This document shows positions 1-9,491 of a stretch of 64,000 nucleotides of DNA, piece by piece. Under the pieces are notes generated by a model. It was not told the DNA's origin, ran no database searches, and saw only the letters and a list, made by a program, of their open reading frames with translations. How positions within the stretch are numbered: position 1 is the stretch's first letter; the number at the start of each line of letters is the position of its first letter. A program made the position numbers and the translations under genes. Source of the DNA: Gammaproteobacteria bacterium (GTDB lineage Bacteria > Pseudomonadota > Gammaproteobacteria > Natronospirales > REEB76); NCBI GenBank assembly GCA_036263155.1, contig DATAHN010000130.1:1649-65648 (forward strand). The letters are read 5' to 3'.

Positions 1-43
1 AACCTTTGCGGCCTGTAATCAAGGCTTTTTCCGCAGAAAAACC

Positions 44-697
44 ATGGACATGCAAGAAGCCCGCATCCAGATGGTCCAGCAGCAGATCCGCGCGTGGCAC
101 GTGCTCGATCCGCGCGCGCTGGCCGTGTTCGAGGCCCTGCCGCGCGACAAGTTCGTGCCCGAGGCCTACCGCAACGTGGCCTACGCGGACACGCCGATCC
201 CGCTGCCCCACGGCGAGTGCATGCTCTCGCCCACGGTGGAGGGACGCGCGCTGCAGGCGCTGGACCCGCGGCCGCAGGATATGGTGCTCGAGATCGGCAC
301 CGGCAGCGGCTACTTCGCCGCCTGCCTCGCCAAGCGCGCCCGCGAGGTGCTCTCGGTGGACATCCATCCGGACTTCGTGGAGCACGCCGGCAAGACCCTG
401 AAAAGCCTGGGCGTGAAGAACGTGCGGCTCGAGACCCGCGACGGCACCAAGCTCGACTGGCTGGAACAGCGCTACGACGTGATCGCGGTGACAGGTTCCC
501 TGCCCGAGTTCCAGCAGGCCTACGCCGAGCGTCTCAACGTGGGCGGCCGCCTGTTCGTGGTGGTGGGCCGTTCGCCGGTGATGGAAGCGCTGCTCATCAC
601 CCGCACCGCCGAGGACGCCTGGGTGCGTGCCTCGCTGTTCGAGACCGACCTGCCGGCCCTCAAGAACGCGCCGGCGCCGCGCCGCTTCAAGTTCTAG
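44..697 (+). CDS. protein-L-isoaspartate O-methyltransferase-like SAM-dependent methyltransferase
   Basis: 217-aa ORF with SAM-binding motif VLEIGTGSGY and PCMT-like overall layout. It sits in the pcm-like/rhodanese/tolC arrangement common in gammaproteobacteria. Confidence 0.75.
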   Translation: MDMQEARIQMVQQQIRAWHVLDPRALAVFEALPRDKFVPEAYRNVAYADTPIPLPHGECMLSPTVEGRALQALDPRPQDMVLEIGTGSGYFAACLAKRAREVLSVDIHPDFVEHAGKTLKSLGVKNVRLETRDGTKLDWLEQRYDVIAVTGSLPEFQQAYAERLNVGGRLFVVVGRSPVMEALLITRTAEDAWVRASLFETDLPALKNAPAPRRFKF

Positions 698-1021
698 ATG
701 GGCATATCCCAGCTTCGGCCGGTCGAGGCCCAGGCGCTGCTCCAGGAGCGCGGCCCGGCGGCCGAGTTGCTGGATGTGCGGGAACCCTCCGAGTACGCCC
801 TGGTCCATGTACAGGGTGCACGGCACATCCCCATGGGGCAGATCCCGGGACGCCTGGCGGAACTGGATACCCAGCGCACCTATGTGGTCATGTGCCACCA
901 CGGCGGCCGCAGCCAGCAGGTGGCAGCGTTCCTGGCCGCCCAGGGTTACCAGGCGGTGAACCTGGCCGGCGGGATAGACGCCTGGGCCGCGGACCTGGAG
1001 CCCAGCCTGCCCCGCTACTAG
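698..1021 (+). CDS. single-domain rhodanese-like sulfurtransferase
   Basis: 107 aa with active-site loop CHHGGRS. Its ATG directly abuts the upstream stop (TAGATG). Confidence 0.8.
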   Translation: MGISQLRPVEAQALLQERGPAAELLDVREPSEYALVHVQGARHIPMGQIPGRLAELDTQRTYVVMCHHGGRSQQVAAFLAAQGYQAVNLAGGIDAWAADLEPSLPRY

Positions 1022-1052
1022 GGAAAGGCTAAAAGCCCTTGTATCCAGGGGC

Positions 1053-1081
1053 TTGCCAGGTGAGAGATATAGTGTTATATT
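1053..1081 (+). promoter_or_regulatory. candidate sigma70 promoter for tolC (TTGCCA - 17 nt - TATATT)
   Basis: TTGCCA at 1053-1058 and TATATT at 1076-1081, inside the only AT-rich patch upstream of tolC. A GGAAGGGA Shine-Dalgarno lies just before the ATG at 1129. Confidence 0.4.
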
Positions 1082-1128
1082 TGACTACAACACTTACCCT
1101 TTGATCCTACATCTTCTGGAAGGGACCT

Positions 1129-2637
1129 ATGCGTAAGACGACCCTCGCCCTCACCATCGGCGCCCTCCTGGCCGCCGCTGCCGCCCCAGCCCAGGCCGAC
1201 GACCTCTGGGACGTGTACCAGCAGGCAGTGCAGAACGACCCCACTTTCCTGCAGGCCTATTCCAACTATCAGGCCCAGCAGGAGAACGCGCCCATCGCGC
1301 GGGGCGCCTATTTCCCGAACATCACCCTGAGCGGCCGGCGCACCGTCCAGCGTTCCAATGGCGACCAGCCCCAGTTCACGTCCGGGGGCTTCGTAGACAC
1401 CACGATCTCGTCCCACGACTACAACACTGTCTATACCGCGCAGTTGACCCAGGCCATCTTCGACTGGACCGCCTGGAGCGGCATCGAACAGGCCAGCGCC
1501 CAGGTGGCCCAGGCGGAGGCCAACTTCCAGGCCGCCCAGCAGGACCTGATCCTGCGGGTCGCCACTGCCTACTTCGACGTGCTCAACGCCCGCGACACCT
1601 TGGCCGCCGACCACGCCGCCAAGGACGCCCTCTCCAAGCAACTCGAGCAGGCCAAGGAGAAGTATGAGGTGGGCATGAGCGCCATCACCGACGTGCAGGA
1701 GGCCCAGGCCGCCTACGACCAGGCGGTGGCGGACGAGATCACGGCCCAGCAGCAGGTGGTGAACGCCGAGGAGAGCCTGCGCGCCATCACCGGCCACGAA
1801 CTGTCGGAACTCAAGGAACCCTCGGTGGACATGCCGTTGCGCTCGCCGGAGCCGAACAACGCCCAGCAGTGGGTGGACCAGGCCCTCAAGCAGAACCCGA
1901 ACCTGTTGGCCGCCCAATCCGGTGCCGACGCGGCCAGCGCAGCGGTGGGCGTGCAGCGCGGCCAGCATCTGCCGAACCTGAGCCTGGTGCTGTCCCACAA
2001 CAAGAACGACGACAAGCAGAACGGCACCATCAGCGTCGCCGGACTTGGCACGCAGCAGTTCAACAACCCGAGCAACTTCAACACCAACACCGCCTACCTG
2101 CAGCTGTCCTGGCCCATCTGGAACGGCGGCAGCAGCTGGGCCCGCGTGAACCAGGCCCAGTACCAGTACCAAGCGGCACTCGACAACGTGAAGCTCGCCA
2201 CCCGCCAGACCGAGCAGCAGGCGCGCACCGCCTTCCTGGGCGTGCTCTCCGGCATCTCGCAGGTGGAAGCGCTGAAGCAGTCCGTGAAGTCCAACGAGAC
2301 CTCCATGGACGCCACCGAGACCGGCCTGCAGGTGGGCACCCGCACCATCGTGGATGTGCTGACCGCGCGCCAGAACCTGCTCAAGGCCCAGACCAGCTTC
2401 GCCAATGCCCGCTATACCTATCTCAAGAACGTTCTGACGCTGAAGCAGGCTGCCGGCATCCTCACCGAGAACGATGTGAAGCAGATGAATGTGATGCTGC
2501 AGGAGTCGGCTCCCGCCTCCCAGCCGGCCATGACCATGGCCCCCATGGGCGGCACGATGGCGGCGCCCGCGTCCGCCACTTCGGCGGTGCCGGCGGCCAT
2601 GACCGTGAACCCGCCCGAGAGCACGCCGCCACGCTAG
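1129..2637 (+). CDS. tolC: TolC-family outer membrane efflux channel
   Basis: 502 aa with a signal peptide (ALLAAAAAPAQA). It shows the duplicated TolC repeat with characteristic strings such as LWDVYQQAVQNDPTF, ATAYFDVLNARDTL and EVGMSAITDVQEAQAAYD. The C-terminal tail is Ala/Pro-rich. Confidence 0.9.
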   Translation: MRKTTLALTIGALLAAAAAPAQADDLWDVYQQAVQNDPTFLQAYSNYQAQQENAPIARGAYFPNITLSGRRTVQRSNGDQPQFTSGGFVDTTISSHDYNTVYTAQLTQAIFDWTAWSGIEQASAQVAQAEANFQAAQQDLILRVATAYFDVLNARDTLAADHAAKDALSKQLEQAKEKYEVGMSAITDVQEAQAAYDQAVADEITAQQQVVNAEESLRAITGHELSELKEPSVDMPLRSPEPNNAQQWVDQALKQNPNLLAAQSGADAASAAVGVQRGQHLPNLSLVLSHNKNDDKQNGTISVAGLGTQQFNNPSNFNTNTAYLQLSWPIWNGGSSWARVNQAQYQYQAALDNVKLATRQTEQQARTAFLGVLSGISQVEALKQSVKSNETSMDATETGLQVGTRTIVDVLTARQNLLKAQTSFANARYTYLKNVLTLKQAAGILTENDVKQMNVMLQESAPASQPAMTMAPMGGTMAAPASATSAVPAAMTVNPPESTPPR

Positions 2638-2665
2638 CGAGAACGAAGGAAGATCTGAAGACGAG

Positions 2666-2694
2666 AAACCCGGCGCGAGCCGGGTTTTTCTTTG
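2666..2694. terminator. rho-independent terminator between convergent tolC and waaA
   Basis: Stem AAACCCGGC, loop GCGA, stem GCCGGGTTT, followed by TTCTTT on the plus strand. The reverse reading has a weaker U-tract. Confidence 0.75.
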
Positions 2695-2700
2695 GGGAGC

Positions 2701-3975
2701 CTAGCGGCGCGCGAGCTCGGCGCTGACGAGGCCGAGCGCCCGTTCCAGGGCGCCGCGATTCTGCAGCACCTTGCCGCGGGCCAGCTCGCCGATGCTGTGG
2801 CGCATGGCGTCGTTGCCGAGCAGCCAGGCCGCAGCAGCCGCCACGGTGTCGGCGTCGCTCACCGGCGTCAGCACACCCGCGTCCTTGAGCATCTCGGCCA
2901 CGTCCTGCACGTTCGCCAGGTGCGGCCCCGCCAGCACCGGCAGGCCGGCGGCCGCGGGCTCCAAGAGGTTGTGGCCACCCACCGGGACCAGGGTGCCGCC
3001 CACGAAAGCGGCGTCGCCGGCGGCGTAGAACTTCATGAGCTGGCCCAGGACATCTATCAACAACACTTCACCCGCCTTGATCGGCGTCTCGCCCGCGCTC
3101 AGGCGCCGGAAGCCGAAGCCGGCGGCACTGATGGCGGCGGCCACGGCGTTGGCCCGCTCCGGGTGGCGCGGCGCCAGCACCAGGATGCTGTCGGGCCGGG
3201 TCGCGAGCAGCTTGCGGAACGCGTCCAGCAGGATGGGTTCCTCGCCTTCGCGGGTGCTACCCGCCACCAGCACCCCGGCCTTGCCGAAGAGCTTGTGGCG
3301 CAGCACCTTGCCCGTCTCCAGGAGATCTGCACCCGCCTGCACGTCGAACTTGAGGTTGCCCATCACCGAGAGCCGGTCCTCGGGCGCACCCAGGGCCCTG
3401 AAGCGGGCCGCGTCCGCCTCGGTCTGTGCCGCCACCCGTTTCGCGCGGCGCAGCGCGCCGCGGATGAGGCCGCGGAACTTCCAGTCGGAATACCGGGTGA
3501 AGGCCCGCTCCGACATGCGCGCGCTGACCAGGAGCAGTGGGATCTTGCGCTTGTCGCAGCCCGCGTAGAGGTTCGGCCAGATCTCCGTCTCCATGACCAC
3601 GCCCACCGCCGGCCGCGTGCCCTGCAGGAAGCGGTTCACGAAGAACGACAGGTCGTAGGGCATGAGCGAGACCACCACCCGGTCACCGAAGAGCTGGCGC
3701 GCCTGGCGCCGGCCGGTGGCGGTGAAGGTGGTGACCAGCAGCGGCCGGTCGGGATACTTTCGGTGCAGGGACTGCACCAGCGGCGCGGCGGCGCGGATCT
3801 CGCCGACCGAGGCGCCGTGCACCCAGATGGCGACACCTGGCGGAAGGTAAGGCGAGCTGCCGAGCCGCTCTCCCAGCTTGTCGGCGCTGCCGGTCTGGCG
3901 GAAACCCCGCCAGGCGAACCAAGCGAAGGCGAAGGGCGCGAGGAGCAGCAGGGCCAGCGTATAGAGGAGACGCAT
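2701..3975 (-). CDS. waaA: 3-deoxy-D-manno-octulosonic acid (Kdo) transferase
   Basis: ORF 2701-4077 trimmed to the ATG at 3975 (MRLLYTLALLLLAP, an N-terminal anchor). Motifs WVHGASVGE and ETEIWPN are typical of Kdo transferases. Confidence 0.9.
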   Translation of the reverse strand: MRLLYTLALLLLAPFAFAWFAWRGFRQTGSADKLGERLGSSPYLPPGVAIWVHGASVGEIRAAAPLVQSLHRKYPDRPLLVTTFTATGRRQARQLFGDRVVVSLMPYDLSFFVNRFLQGTRPAVGVVMETEIWPNLYAGCDKRKIPLLLVSARMSERAFTRYSDWKFRGLIRGALRRAKRVAAQTEADAARFRALGAPEDRLSVMGNLKFDVQAGADLLETGKVLRHKLFGKAGVLVAGSTREGEEPILLDAFRKLLATRPDSILVLAPRHPERANAVAAAISAAGFGFRRLSAGETPIKAGEVLLIDVLGQLMKFYAAGDAAFVGGTLVPVGGHNLLEPAAAGLPVLAGPHLANVQDVAEMLKDAGVLTPVSDADTVAAAAAWLLGNDAMRHSIGELARGKVLQNRGALERALGLVSAELARR

Positions 3976-3983
3976 GGCGCCGC

Positions 3984-5402
3984 TCAGCCCTTCTTCAGGG
4001 CTTCGATGGTTTTGGTGGTGGAGAGCCCATCGACAAACGGGAGAATCTTCACCTCGCCGCCATTCTGGGTGACGCACTTGTACCCGGCCACGTCCTGGGC
4101 CTTATAGTCGCCGCCCTTCACCAGCACGTCCGGCAGGAGCTTGCAGATGAGCCGCTCCGGCGTGTCCTCCGAGAAGGGCACCACCCAGTCCACGCAGGAG
4201 AGCGCGCCCAGCACGCGCATGCGGTTCTCGAGGGAGTTCACCGGCCGCGTGGGGCCCTTGAGGCGCTTCACAGAGGCGTCGTCGTTCACCGCCACCACCA
4301 GCCGGTCGCCCAGGCGCTTGGCCTGCTCAAGGTAGGTGACATGGCCGGCATGCAGGATGTCGAACACCCCGTTGGTCATGATGATGCGTTCGCCCTGGCT
4401 GCGGGCATGGGCCACCGCGTCCGCCGCCGCGGCCTCGTCCATGGCGCCGCTGCCGCTGCGGCTATGGGCTGCGAGGCGCAGCTCCGCCGGACTCACGGTG
4501 GCGGCACCGAGCTTGGCCACCACGATGCCGGCCGCGAGGTTGGAGAGCCGGGCCGCGTCCGGATAGTCCAGGCCCGCCCCCAGTCCCGCCGCCAGGATCG
4601 CGATCACCGTGTCGCCGGCACCCGTCACGTCCGAGACCTCCTGGGCCTGGGTGGGCAGGTGCAGGGGCGGCTTGCCCTTCTGCAGCAGCGTCATGCCGTG
4701 CTCGCTGCGAGTGACGAGCAGAGCCTCCAGGCCCAGCTCGTCGCGCAGCTTCTCGCCCTTGGCGACGATGGTCGTCTCGTCCGGGCATTCCCCCACCACC
4801 GCCTCCAGCTCGCCGAGGTTGGGGGTGATGAGGCTCGCGCCCTTGTATTTGCCGAAGTCGCGTCCCTTGGGGTCCACCAGCACGCGCTTGCCGGCGGCGC
4901 GGGCCGCGGCGATCAACTCCTGCACCGAGGCGAGGCTGCCCTTGCCGTAGTCAGAGAGGATCACCACGTCGGTATCTGCGAGCGCGGGCTTGAACAGTGG
5001 CAAGAGCGGCGCGCCGCTGAAGCTGCCGAAGCTCTCCTCGAAGTCCAGGCGGATGAGCTGCTGGTGGCGCGACAACACCCGGAGCTTGGTGATGGTGGCC
5101 GCGTCCCTGATCCGGTTGAATTTGCACTGCACGCCGCGCTGCTGCATGGCGTGAGCCAGGTTGTCGGCGATGGCGTCGTCGCCGGTGATGCCGAGCACCA
5201 TGCAGCGCACGCCCAGGCTCGCCAGGTTCACCGCCACGTTGCCGGCACCGCCGGGACGCTCCTCGGTGTCGCGCACGTGTACCACGGGCACCGGCGCCTC
5301 CGGGGAGATGCGCTGGGTGGGGCCGAACCAGTAGCGGTCCAACATGACATCCCCGGCCACCAGCACGCGCACCTGGTCGAACTGCGGAACGCTGACCTGC
5401 AT
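3984..5402 (-). CDS. hldE: bifunctional D-beta-D-heptose 7-phosphate kinase / heptose 1-phosphate adenylyltransferase
   Basis: Long ORF 3984-6335 trimmed to the ATG at 5402 ([25 protein letters not shown]), giving 473 codons including the stop (472 aa). N-terminal ribokinase-like domain (DVTGAGDT) plus C-terminal cytidylyltransferase-like domain ([16 protein letters not shown]). Confidence 0.92.
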   Translation of the reverse strand: MQVSVPQFDQVRVLVAGDVMLDRYWFGPTQRISPEAPVPVVHVRDTEERPGGAGNVAVNLASLGVRCMVLGITGDDAIADNLAHAMQQRGVQCKFNRIRDAATITKLRVLSRHQQLIRLDFEESFGSFSGAPLLPLFKPALADTDVVILSDYGKGSLASVQELIAAARAAGKRVLVDPKGRDFGKYKGASLITPNLGELEAVVGECPDETTIVAKGEKLRDELGLEALLVTRSEHGMTLLQKGKPPLHLPTQAQEVSDVTGAGDTVIAILAAGLGAGLDYPDAARLSNLAAGIVVAKLGAATVSPAELRLAAHSRSGSGAMDEAAAADAVAHARSQGERIIMTNGVFDILHAGHVTYLEQAKRLGDRLVVAVNDDASVKRLKGPTRPVNSLENRMRVLGALSCVDWVVPFSEDTPERLICKLLPDVLVKGGDYKAQDVAGYKCVTQNGGEVKILPFVDGLSTTKTIEALKKG

Positions 5403-5466
5403 GCAAGCCCCTGAAAAGCAATCGAAAAACAGCGGGCATGATAGCACGCAGGGCTTTGGGACCTTA

Positions 5467-5472
5467 TATACT
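5467..5472 (+). promoter_or_regulatory. candidate -10 element (TATACT) 8 nt upstream of the lpxL ATG
   Basis: TATACT at 5467-5472 sits in an otherwise GC-rich divergent intergenic region. There is no Shine-Dalgarno before the ATG at 5481, and I found no convincing -35. Confidence 0.3.
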
Positions 5473-5480
5473 CGGCCGGC

Positions 5481-6365
5481 ATGAGGCGCGCCTTCTTCAA
5501 TCCCCATTACTGGCCCATCTGGTTCCTGCTGGGGATCGTCCGGCTGGCGGTGCACCTGCCCTATTCCTTGCAGCTGTCCCTGGGCCGGGGGCTGGGCGCG
5601 CTGCTCAGGCTCACGGCGCGGCGCCGCTGGCGCATCACGCTCGTCAACCTGGAACGCTGCTTCCCGGAACTGGATGCGCAGGCCCGCGAGCGCCTGGCCC
5701 GGCGCCACTTCGATTCCCTCGGCATGGCCTTTATCGAGATCGGCATGTGCTGGTGGGCGAGCGCCGAACGCCTCAAGGGGCTCGCCCACATCGAGGGCGT
5801 GGAGAACCTGAACGCGGCGCGGGCGGAAGGCCGCGGTGTGATCCTGCTCTCCGCCCACTTCACTACGCTGGAGATCGGCGGGCGCCTCCTGGGCCTGTGC
5901 ACGGATTTCCACCTCATGTACCGGCCGAACCAGAACGCGCTGATCGAAGAGGTGATGCGCCGCAGCCGCGAGCGCCACTTCGACCGGGCCATCCCGCGCA
6001 ATGACGTGCGCCTGATGTTGCGCAGCCTCAAGGAAGGCAAGCCAGTCTGGTACGCCCCGGATCAGGGCTACCGCGGCAAGAACAGCGAGATGGTGCCGTT
6101 CTTCGGCATCCCCGCCCCCACCAACACCGCCACTTCGCGCCTGGCCCGCACCAGCGGCGCGCCGGTGGTGCCGTTCTTCGTGGAGCGCCTGCCGGGCACC
6201 CAGGGCTACGCCCTGGTGCTGGAGCCGGCGCTGGAAGGCTTCCCCACGGACGACCCGGCGGCGGACGCCCTGCGCATCAACAAGCTCTTGGAGGAGCGCA
6301 TCCGGCGGGTGCCGGAGCAGTACCTCTGGAGCCATGACCGATTCAAGATAGTGCCGAGAGACTGA
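5481..6365 (+). CDS. lpxL: lipid A biosynthesis lauroyl/myristoyl (late) acyltransferase
   Basis: 294 aa. The N-terminus [10 protein letters not shown] parallels E. coli LpxL LLHPRYWLTW. Has NLERCFPE and an HX4E catalytic-type motif (SAHFTTLE). Confidence 0.85.
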   Translation: MRRAFFNPHYWPIWFLLGIVRLAVHLPYSLQLSLGRGLGALLRLTARRRWRITLVNLERCFPELDAQARERLARRHFDSLGMAFIEIGMCWWASAERLKGLAHIEGVENLNAARAEGRGVILLSAHFTTLEIGGRLLGLCTDFHLMYRPNQNALIEEVMRRSRERHFDRAIPRNDVRLMLRSLKEGKPVWYAPDQGYRGKNSEMVPFFGIPAPTNTATSRLARTSGAPVVPFFVERLPGTQGYALVLEPALEGFPTDDPAADALRINKLLEERIRRVPEQYLWSHDRFKIVPRD

Positions 6366-6379
6366 ACGTAGGGGGATCC

Positions 6380-7576
6380 ATGGCGCGCATTCTGGACTGC
6401 TGGGAACTGGGTAACGGCCTCGCCTACATCGAAGGCATGGCGGTGGGCTGCAAACTGATGGCGAAGGCGGGACATGAGGTCATGTACGTCGGCCGCGACC
6501 TCTCCCACGCCGAGCGCCTGTTCGGCGACCGCATCAAGTACTACCAGGCGCCCACGCCGGTGATCCCCCAGAGCCGCACTCTGCCGAACCCCATGACCTT
6601 CGCCGACGTGCTCATCAATCTCGGCTATGGCAATCCCGGCGCGATCACGGGCCGCGTGCGCGCCTGGCGCAACCTGTTCGAACTCCTCAGACCCGACATC
6701 GTGCGCTGCGTGCACGCGCCGGACGCGCTGCTGGCGGCGCGAGGCACCGGCCTGCGCACGCTGGCGGTGGGCATCGGCTTCCTGGTGCCGCCGGCCCAAT
6801 CGCCGCTGCCCTTGCTGCGTACCTGGGCCAAGAACGCGGACCCGGAGCGCATGGCGGCCCGCGAGCGGCATGTGCTGGATGGCATGAACCAGGCGCTGGA
6901 CCAGATCAAGGCGCCGCGCCTCTCGAGCATCGGCGCGCTGTACGCCGAGACCGATGCGCGGCTCCTGTTCACCTATCCCGACCTGGATGACTACGGCCCG
7001 CGCCAGGGCGTGAGATACCTGGGCAACTTCCAGGGCGGCCAGGGTGCCGCTCCTGTCTGGCCGGAAGCGCCCGGCAAGCGCATCTTCGCCTACCTCGAGC
7101 CCTTCAAGGTGATGGATGCGGTGCTCAAGGCGCTCGCCGCCACCGGCCAGCCGGTGCTGGTGTACATGGCGCACGCACCGGAGGCGCTCAAGCGCGAGTA
7201 TGCGAGCGGCAACCTGCGCATCACCGACCAGCCGCTGGACCTCATGCGCACGGCGCAGGAATGCGACCTGGGCGTGAGCCATGGCGGCCATAACATCGCG
7301 GCCACCTTCATGTGGCACGGCAAACCGCAGCTCGCCCTCCCCACCGTGTTCCCGGAGCGCATCACCGCCGAGAAACTGGCGGCCCTGGGCACCGGGCTCA
7401 CGGCACCGCTCCAGGCAGACAGCCTCCGCCAGGCGCTGGCACGGCTGCAGGAGCCGGCGTTCGCCGCCAAGGCGCGCGAATGCGCGGCGCGCATCTCGAG
7501 CCTCGGCATGGACACGGGGGTCAAGGAATTCCTGACGGTGATCGACCAGCTCGCCAAGGCCGGCCCGCGCAAATGA
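6380..7576 (+). CDS. GT-B fold glycosyltransferase, family 1 (MGT/UDP-glycosyltransferase-like)
   Basis: 398 aa. The C-terminal nucleotide-sugar binding signature [22 protein letters not shown]...[14 protein letters not shown] resembles GT1/MGT enzymes. It is embedded in the LPS core locus. Confidence 0.6.
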   Translation: MARILDCWELGNGLAYIEGMAVGCKLMAKAGHEVMYVGRDLSHAERLFGDRIKYYQAPTPVIPQSRTLPNPMTFADVLINLGYGNPGAITGRVRAWRNLFELLRPDIVRCVHAPDALLAARGTGLRTLAVGIGFLVPPAQSPLPLLRTWAKNADPERMAARERHVLDGMNQALDQIKAPRLSSIGALYAETDARLLFTYPDLDDYGPRQGVRYLGNFQGGQGAAPVWPEAPGKRIFAYLEPFKVMDAVLKALAATGQPVLVYMAHAPEALKREYASGNLRITDQPLDLMRTAQECDLGVSHGGHNIAATFMWHGKPQLALPTVFPERITAEKLAALGTGLTAPLQADSLRQALARLQEPAFAAKARECAARISSLGMDTGVKEFLTVIDQLAKAGPRK

Positions 7577-7577
7577 G

Positions 7578-8261
7578 TCAGGCGGCGCGATAGCCTTCCA
7601 GCAGCGCCGCCCAATCACCGGCGTCGGACGCCCTGCCGAGGAGCTTGTCCAGGGAACGCCGGAGGCGCGCGAGGTTCGCCTGCTTCCAGTCGCCGCTGCG
7701 GCGGCGCGTGCCCCGGTCGAAATCGATGAGATAGACCTTGCCCTCCTCGTCCAGCAGCAGGTTGTGGGCGTTGAGGTCCGCGTGGCACACGCCCGCGTCA
7801 TGGAAGCGGCGGATACAGGCGCCGATGGCGCCCCAGGGGATGCGCCTGGCATCGCCCTGCAGCCTTTCCGTCAGCGATCGGGTGCCGCCGATGCGGCGGG
7901 TGACGAGGTCGGCCCTGTAGAAGAGCCCATGGCGCGTGACCCGCGCCGCCACCGGCTGCGGTACCGGCAGATCCTCCTTATATAGGGAATCCAGCAGCCG
8001 CCACTCGCGCCAGGCGCGGGTACCCTCGAGACCGGTCCAGAGGTAGAGGTCGGAGGAGACCTTCGCGGCGAACCCGCCGCGCCGGTAGTGGCGCAGCACC
8101 CACTGCTCGCCGCCGCGGTCGAGGATCCAGGCGCTGCCGCGCCCGCCCACTGCGCTCGCTGCCGCCGGGGGCGGCATGAACAGCGCGGCATCCGCGTGGT
8201 CAAGCAGGGCGCCATCGTATAGGATGGCCGCGTCGCCTGATCGCTGCATCTTGGCTGCCAT
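7578..8261 (-). CDS. kdkA: 3-deoxy-D-manno-octulosonic acid kinase
   Basis: ORF 7578-8672 trimmed to the ATG at 8261 (MAAKMQRSG). Motifs RHYRRGG, HADLNAHNLLLD and LIDFDRG match the Kdo/WaaP kinase family. The length of about 227 aa is typical of KdkA. Confidence 0.8.
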   Translation of the reverse strand: MAAKMQRSGDAAILYDGALLDHADAALFMPPPAAASAVGGRGSAWILDRGGEQWVLRHYRRGGFAAKVSSDLYLWTGLEGTRAWREWRLLDSLYKEDLPVPQPVAARVTRHGLFYRADLVTRRIGGTRSLTERLQGDARRIPWGAIGACIRRFHDAGVCHADLNAHNLLLDEEGKVYLIDFDRGTRRRSGDWKQANLARLRRSLDKLLGRASDAGDWAALLEGYRAA

Positions 8262-8276
8262 CACGGTCCTCGAAGC

Positions 8277-9347
8277 ATGTCCATGGCCGCTCCCGAATCC
8301 CTGTGCCTGATCCGCCTCTCGGCGGTAGGCGACGTGTGCCACACGCTGCCGGTGGTGCGCACGCTGCAGGCCGCGTGGCCCAAGACGCGCATCACTTGGA
8401 TCATCGGGAAGCTGGAAGCCAGCCTGGTGGGGGACATCCCCGGTATCGAGTTTATCATCTTCGACAAATCCCAGAACCCGTACCTGCAGACGCGGCGCGC
8501 GCTGAAGGGCCGCCGCTTCGGCCTGTTCCTGCACATGCAGATGTCCCTGCGCGCGAGCGTCGCGAGCCTCGCGGTGCGCGCGCCCGTCCGCCTGGGATTC
8601 GACAGACAGCGCGCGCACGATTTCCAGTGGCTGTTCACCAACCGGCGCATCCCGCACCGGGACCGCCAGCACGTGATGGACAGCCTGTTCGGCTTCAGCG
8701 AGGCCCTGGGCATCCGTGAGCGCGCGCTACGCTGGGACATCCCGGTGCCCGCGGCGGCCGAGGCTTACGCCCGGGAGCGTATCCCGGACGGCAAGCCCAC
8801 GCTCATCATCAGCCCCTGCGCGAACCCGCGCTTCCGCAACTGGCGCAGCTGGCAGCCGGAGTACTACGCGGCGCTGGCGGACCACGCCGTGGCGCGGCAT
8901 GGCATGCAGGTGCTGGTGACGGGCGGGCGCAGCGAGATCGAGCGGGCCTATGGCGAGCGCATCACTGCCCTGGCCAAGGGCGATGTCATGGACCTCGTGG
9001 GCAAGACCTCCCTCAAGGAGCTCCTGGCGCTGCTCGGCCGCGCCACGGTGCTGGTGTCGCCTGACTCGGGTCCCGTGCACATGGCCACGGCCGCCGGCAC
9101 GCCGGTGATCGGCCTCTACGCCACCACCAATCCGGACCGGGCCGGTCCCTACCTCAGCCAGCGCTGGCGCGTGGACCGCTATCCCGACGCGCTCAAGCAG
9201 TTCGACCACCTCACGCCCGAGACCGCGCCCTGGGGCACGCGGGTGCGGGACCCCAAGGCCATGGACTGCATCAAGGTGGAAGACGTGACGGGCAAGCTGG
9301 ACGAGCTCATGGCCGCGAAGGCCCGTGGCGAGAAACTGACTGACTAA
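8277..9347 (+). CDS. LPS heptosyltransferase (GT9 family)
   Basis: 356 aa with N-terminal LIRLSAVGDVCHTLPV and C-terminal SPDSGPVHMATAAGTPVIGLY, both typical of GT9 ADP-heptose transferases. Confidence 0.8.
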   Translation: MSMAAPESLCLIRLSAVGDVCHTLPVVRTLQAAWPKTRITWIIGKLEASLVGDIPGIEFIIFDKSQNPYLQTRRALKGRRFGLFLHMQMSLRASVASLAVRAPVRLGFDRQRAHDFQWLFTNRRIPHRDRQHVMDSLFGFSEALGIRERALRWDIPVPAAAEAYARERIPDGKPTLIISPCANPRFRNWRSWQPEYYAALADHAVARHGMQVLVTGGRSEIERAYGERITALAKGDVMDLVGKTSLKELLALLGRATVLVSPDSGPVHMATAAGTPVIGLYATTNPDRAGPYLSQRWRVDRYPDALKQFDHLTPETAPWGTRVRDPKAMDCIKVEDVTGKLDELMAAKARGEKLTD

Positions 9348-9360
9348 TTATCCAAGCAGA

Positions 9361-9491
9361 CCGTTAAACCGTCGCGAGCGAAGGCAGGGCTAGGCGCGCG
9401 AGGCGAGCAGGAGGGAGTGCACTCTTGTGTGCATGACCGACTGCGAGTCCGAAGCGCAACAACGCCCTGCCGAGCGCAGCAGGTTTAACGG
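9361..9491. repeat. composite imperfect inverted repeat between convergent genes
   Basis: The outer arms CCGTTAAACC (9361-9370) and GGTTTAACGG (9482-9491) are perfect complements. The inner arms GGCAGGGC (9383-9390) and GCCCTGCC (9464-9471) are also perfect complements. A small TGCAC/GTGCA hairpin lies in the centre. The right arm includes the envZ-like stop codon. Confidence 0.6.

Noticed and set aside
5403-6335. Apparent N-terminal extensions making very long ORFs. Examples are hldE as 783 aa, tldD as 690 aa (to 24674), kdkA as 364 aa (to 8672), the nitrilase to 25024, GSCFA to 56210, the multidomain GT to 59407, znuB-like to 34797 and NERD to 17042.
   Set aside because: The extensions overlap upstream genes or divergent genes and have Arg/Pro/Gly-rich junk composition. 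Internal ATG or GTG starts give lengths and N-termini matching the known families, so the ORFs were trimmed rather than called as fusions.
9361-9491. Calling the nested inverted repeat a MITE or mobile element.
   Set aside because: I spotted no second copy in this 64-kb window. There is no clear target-site duplication and no transposase. It is kept only as a repeat or structure of unknown role.
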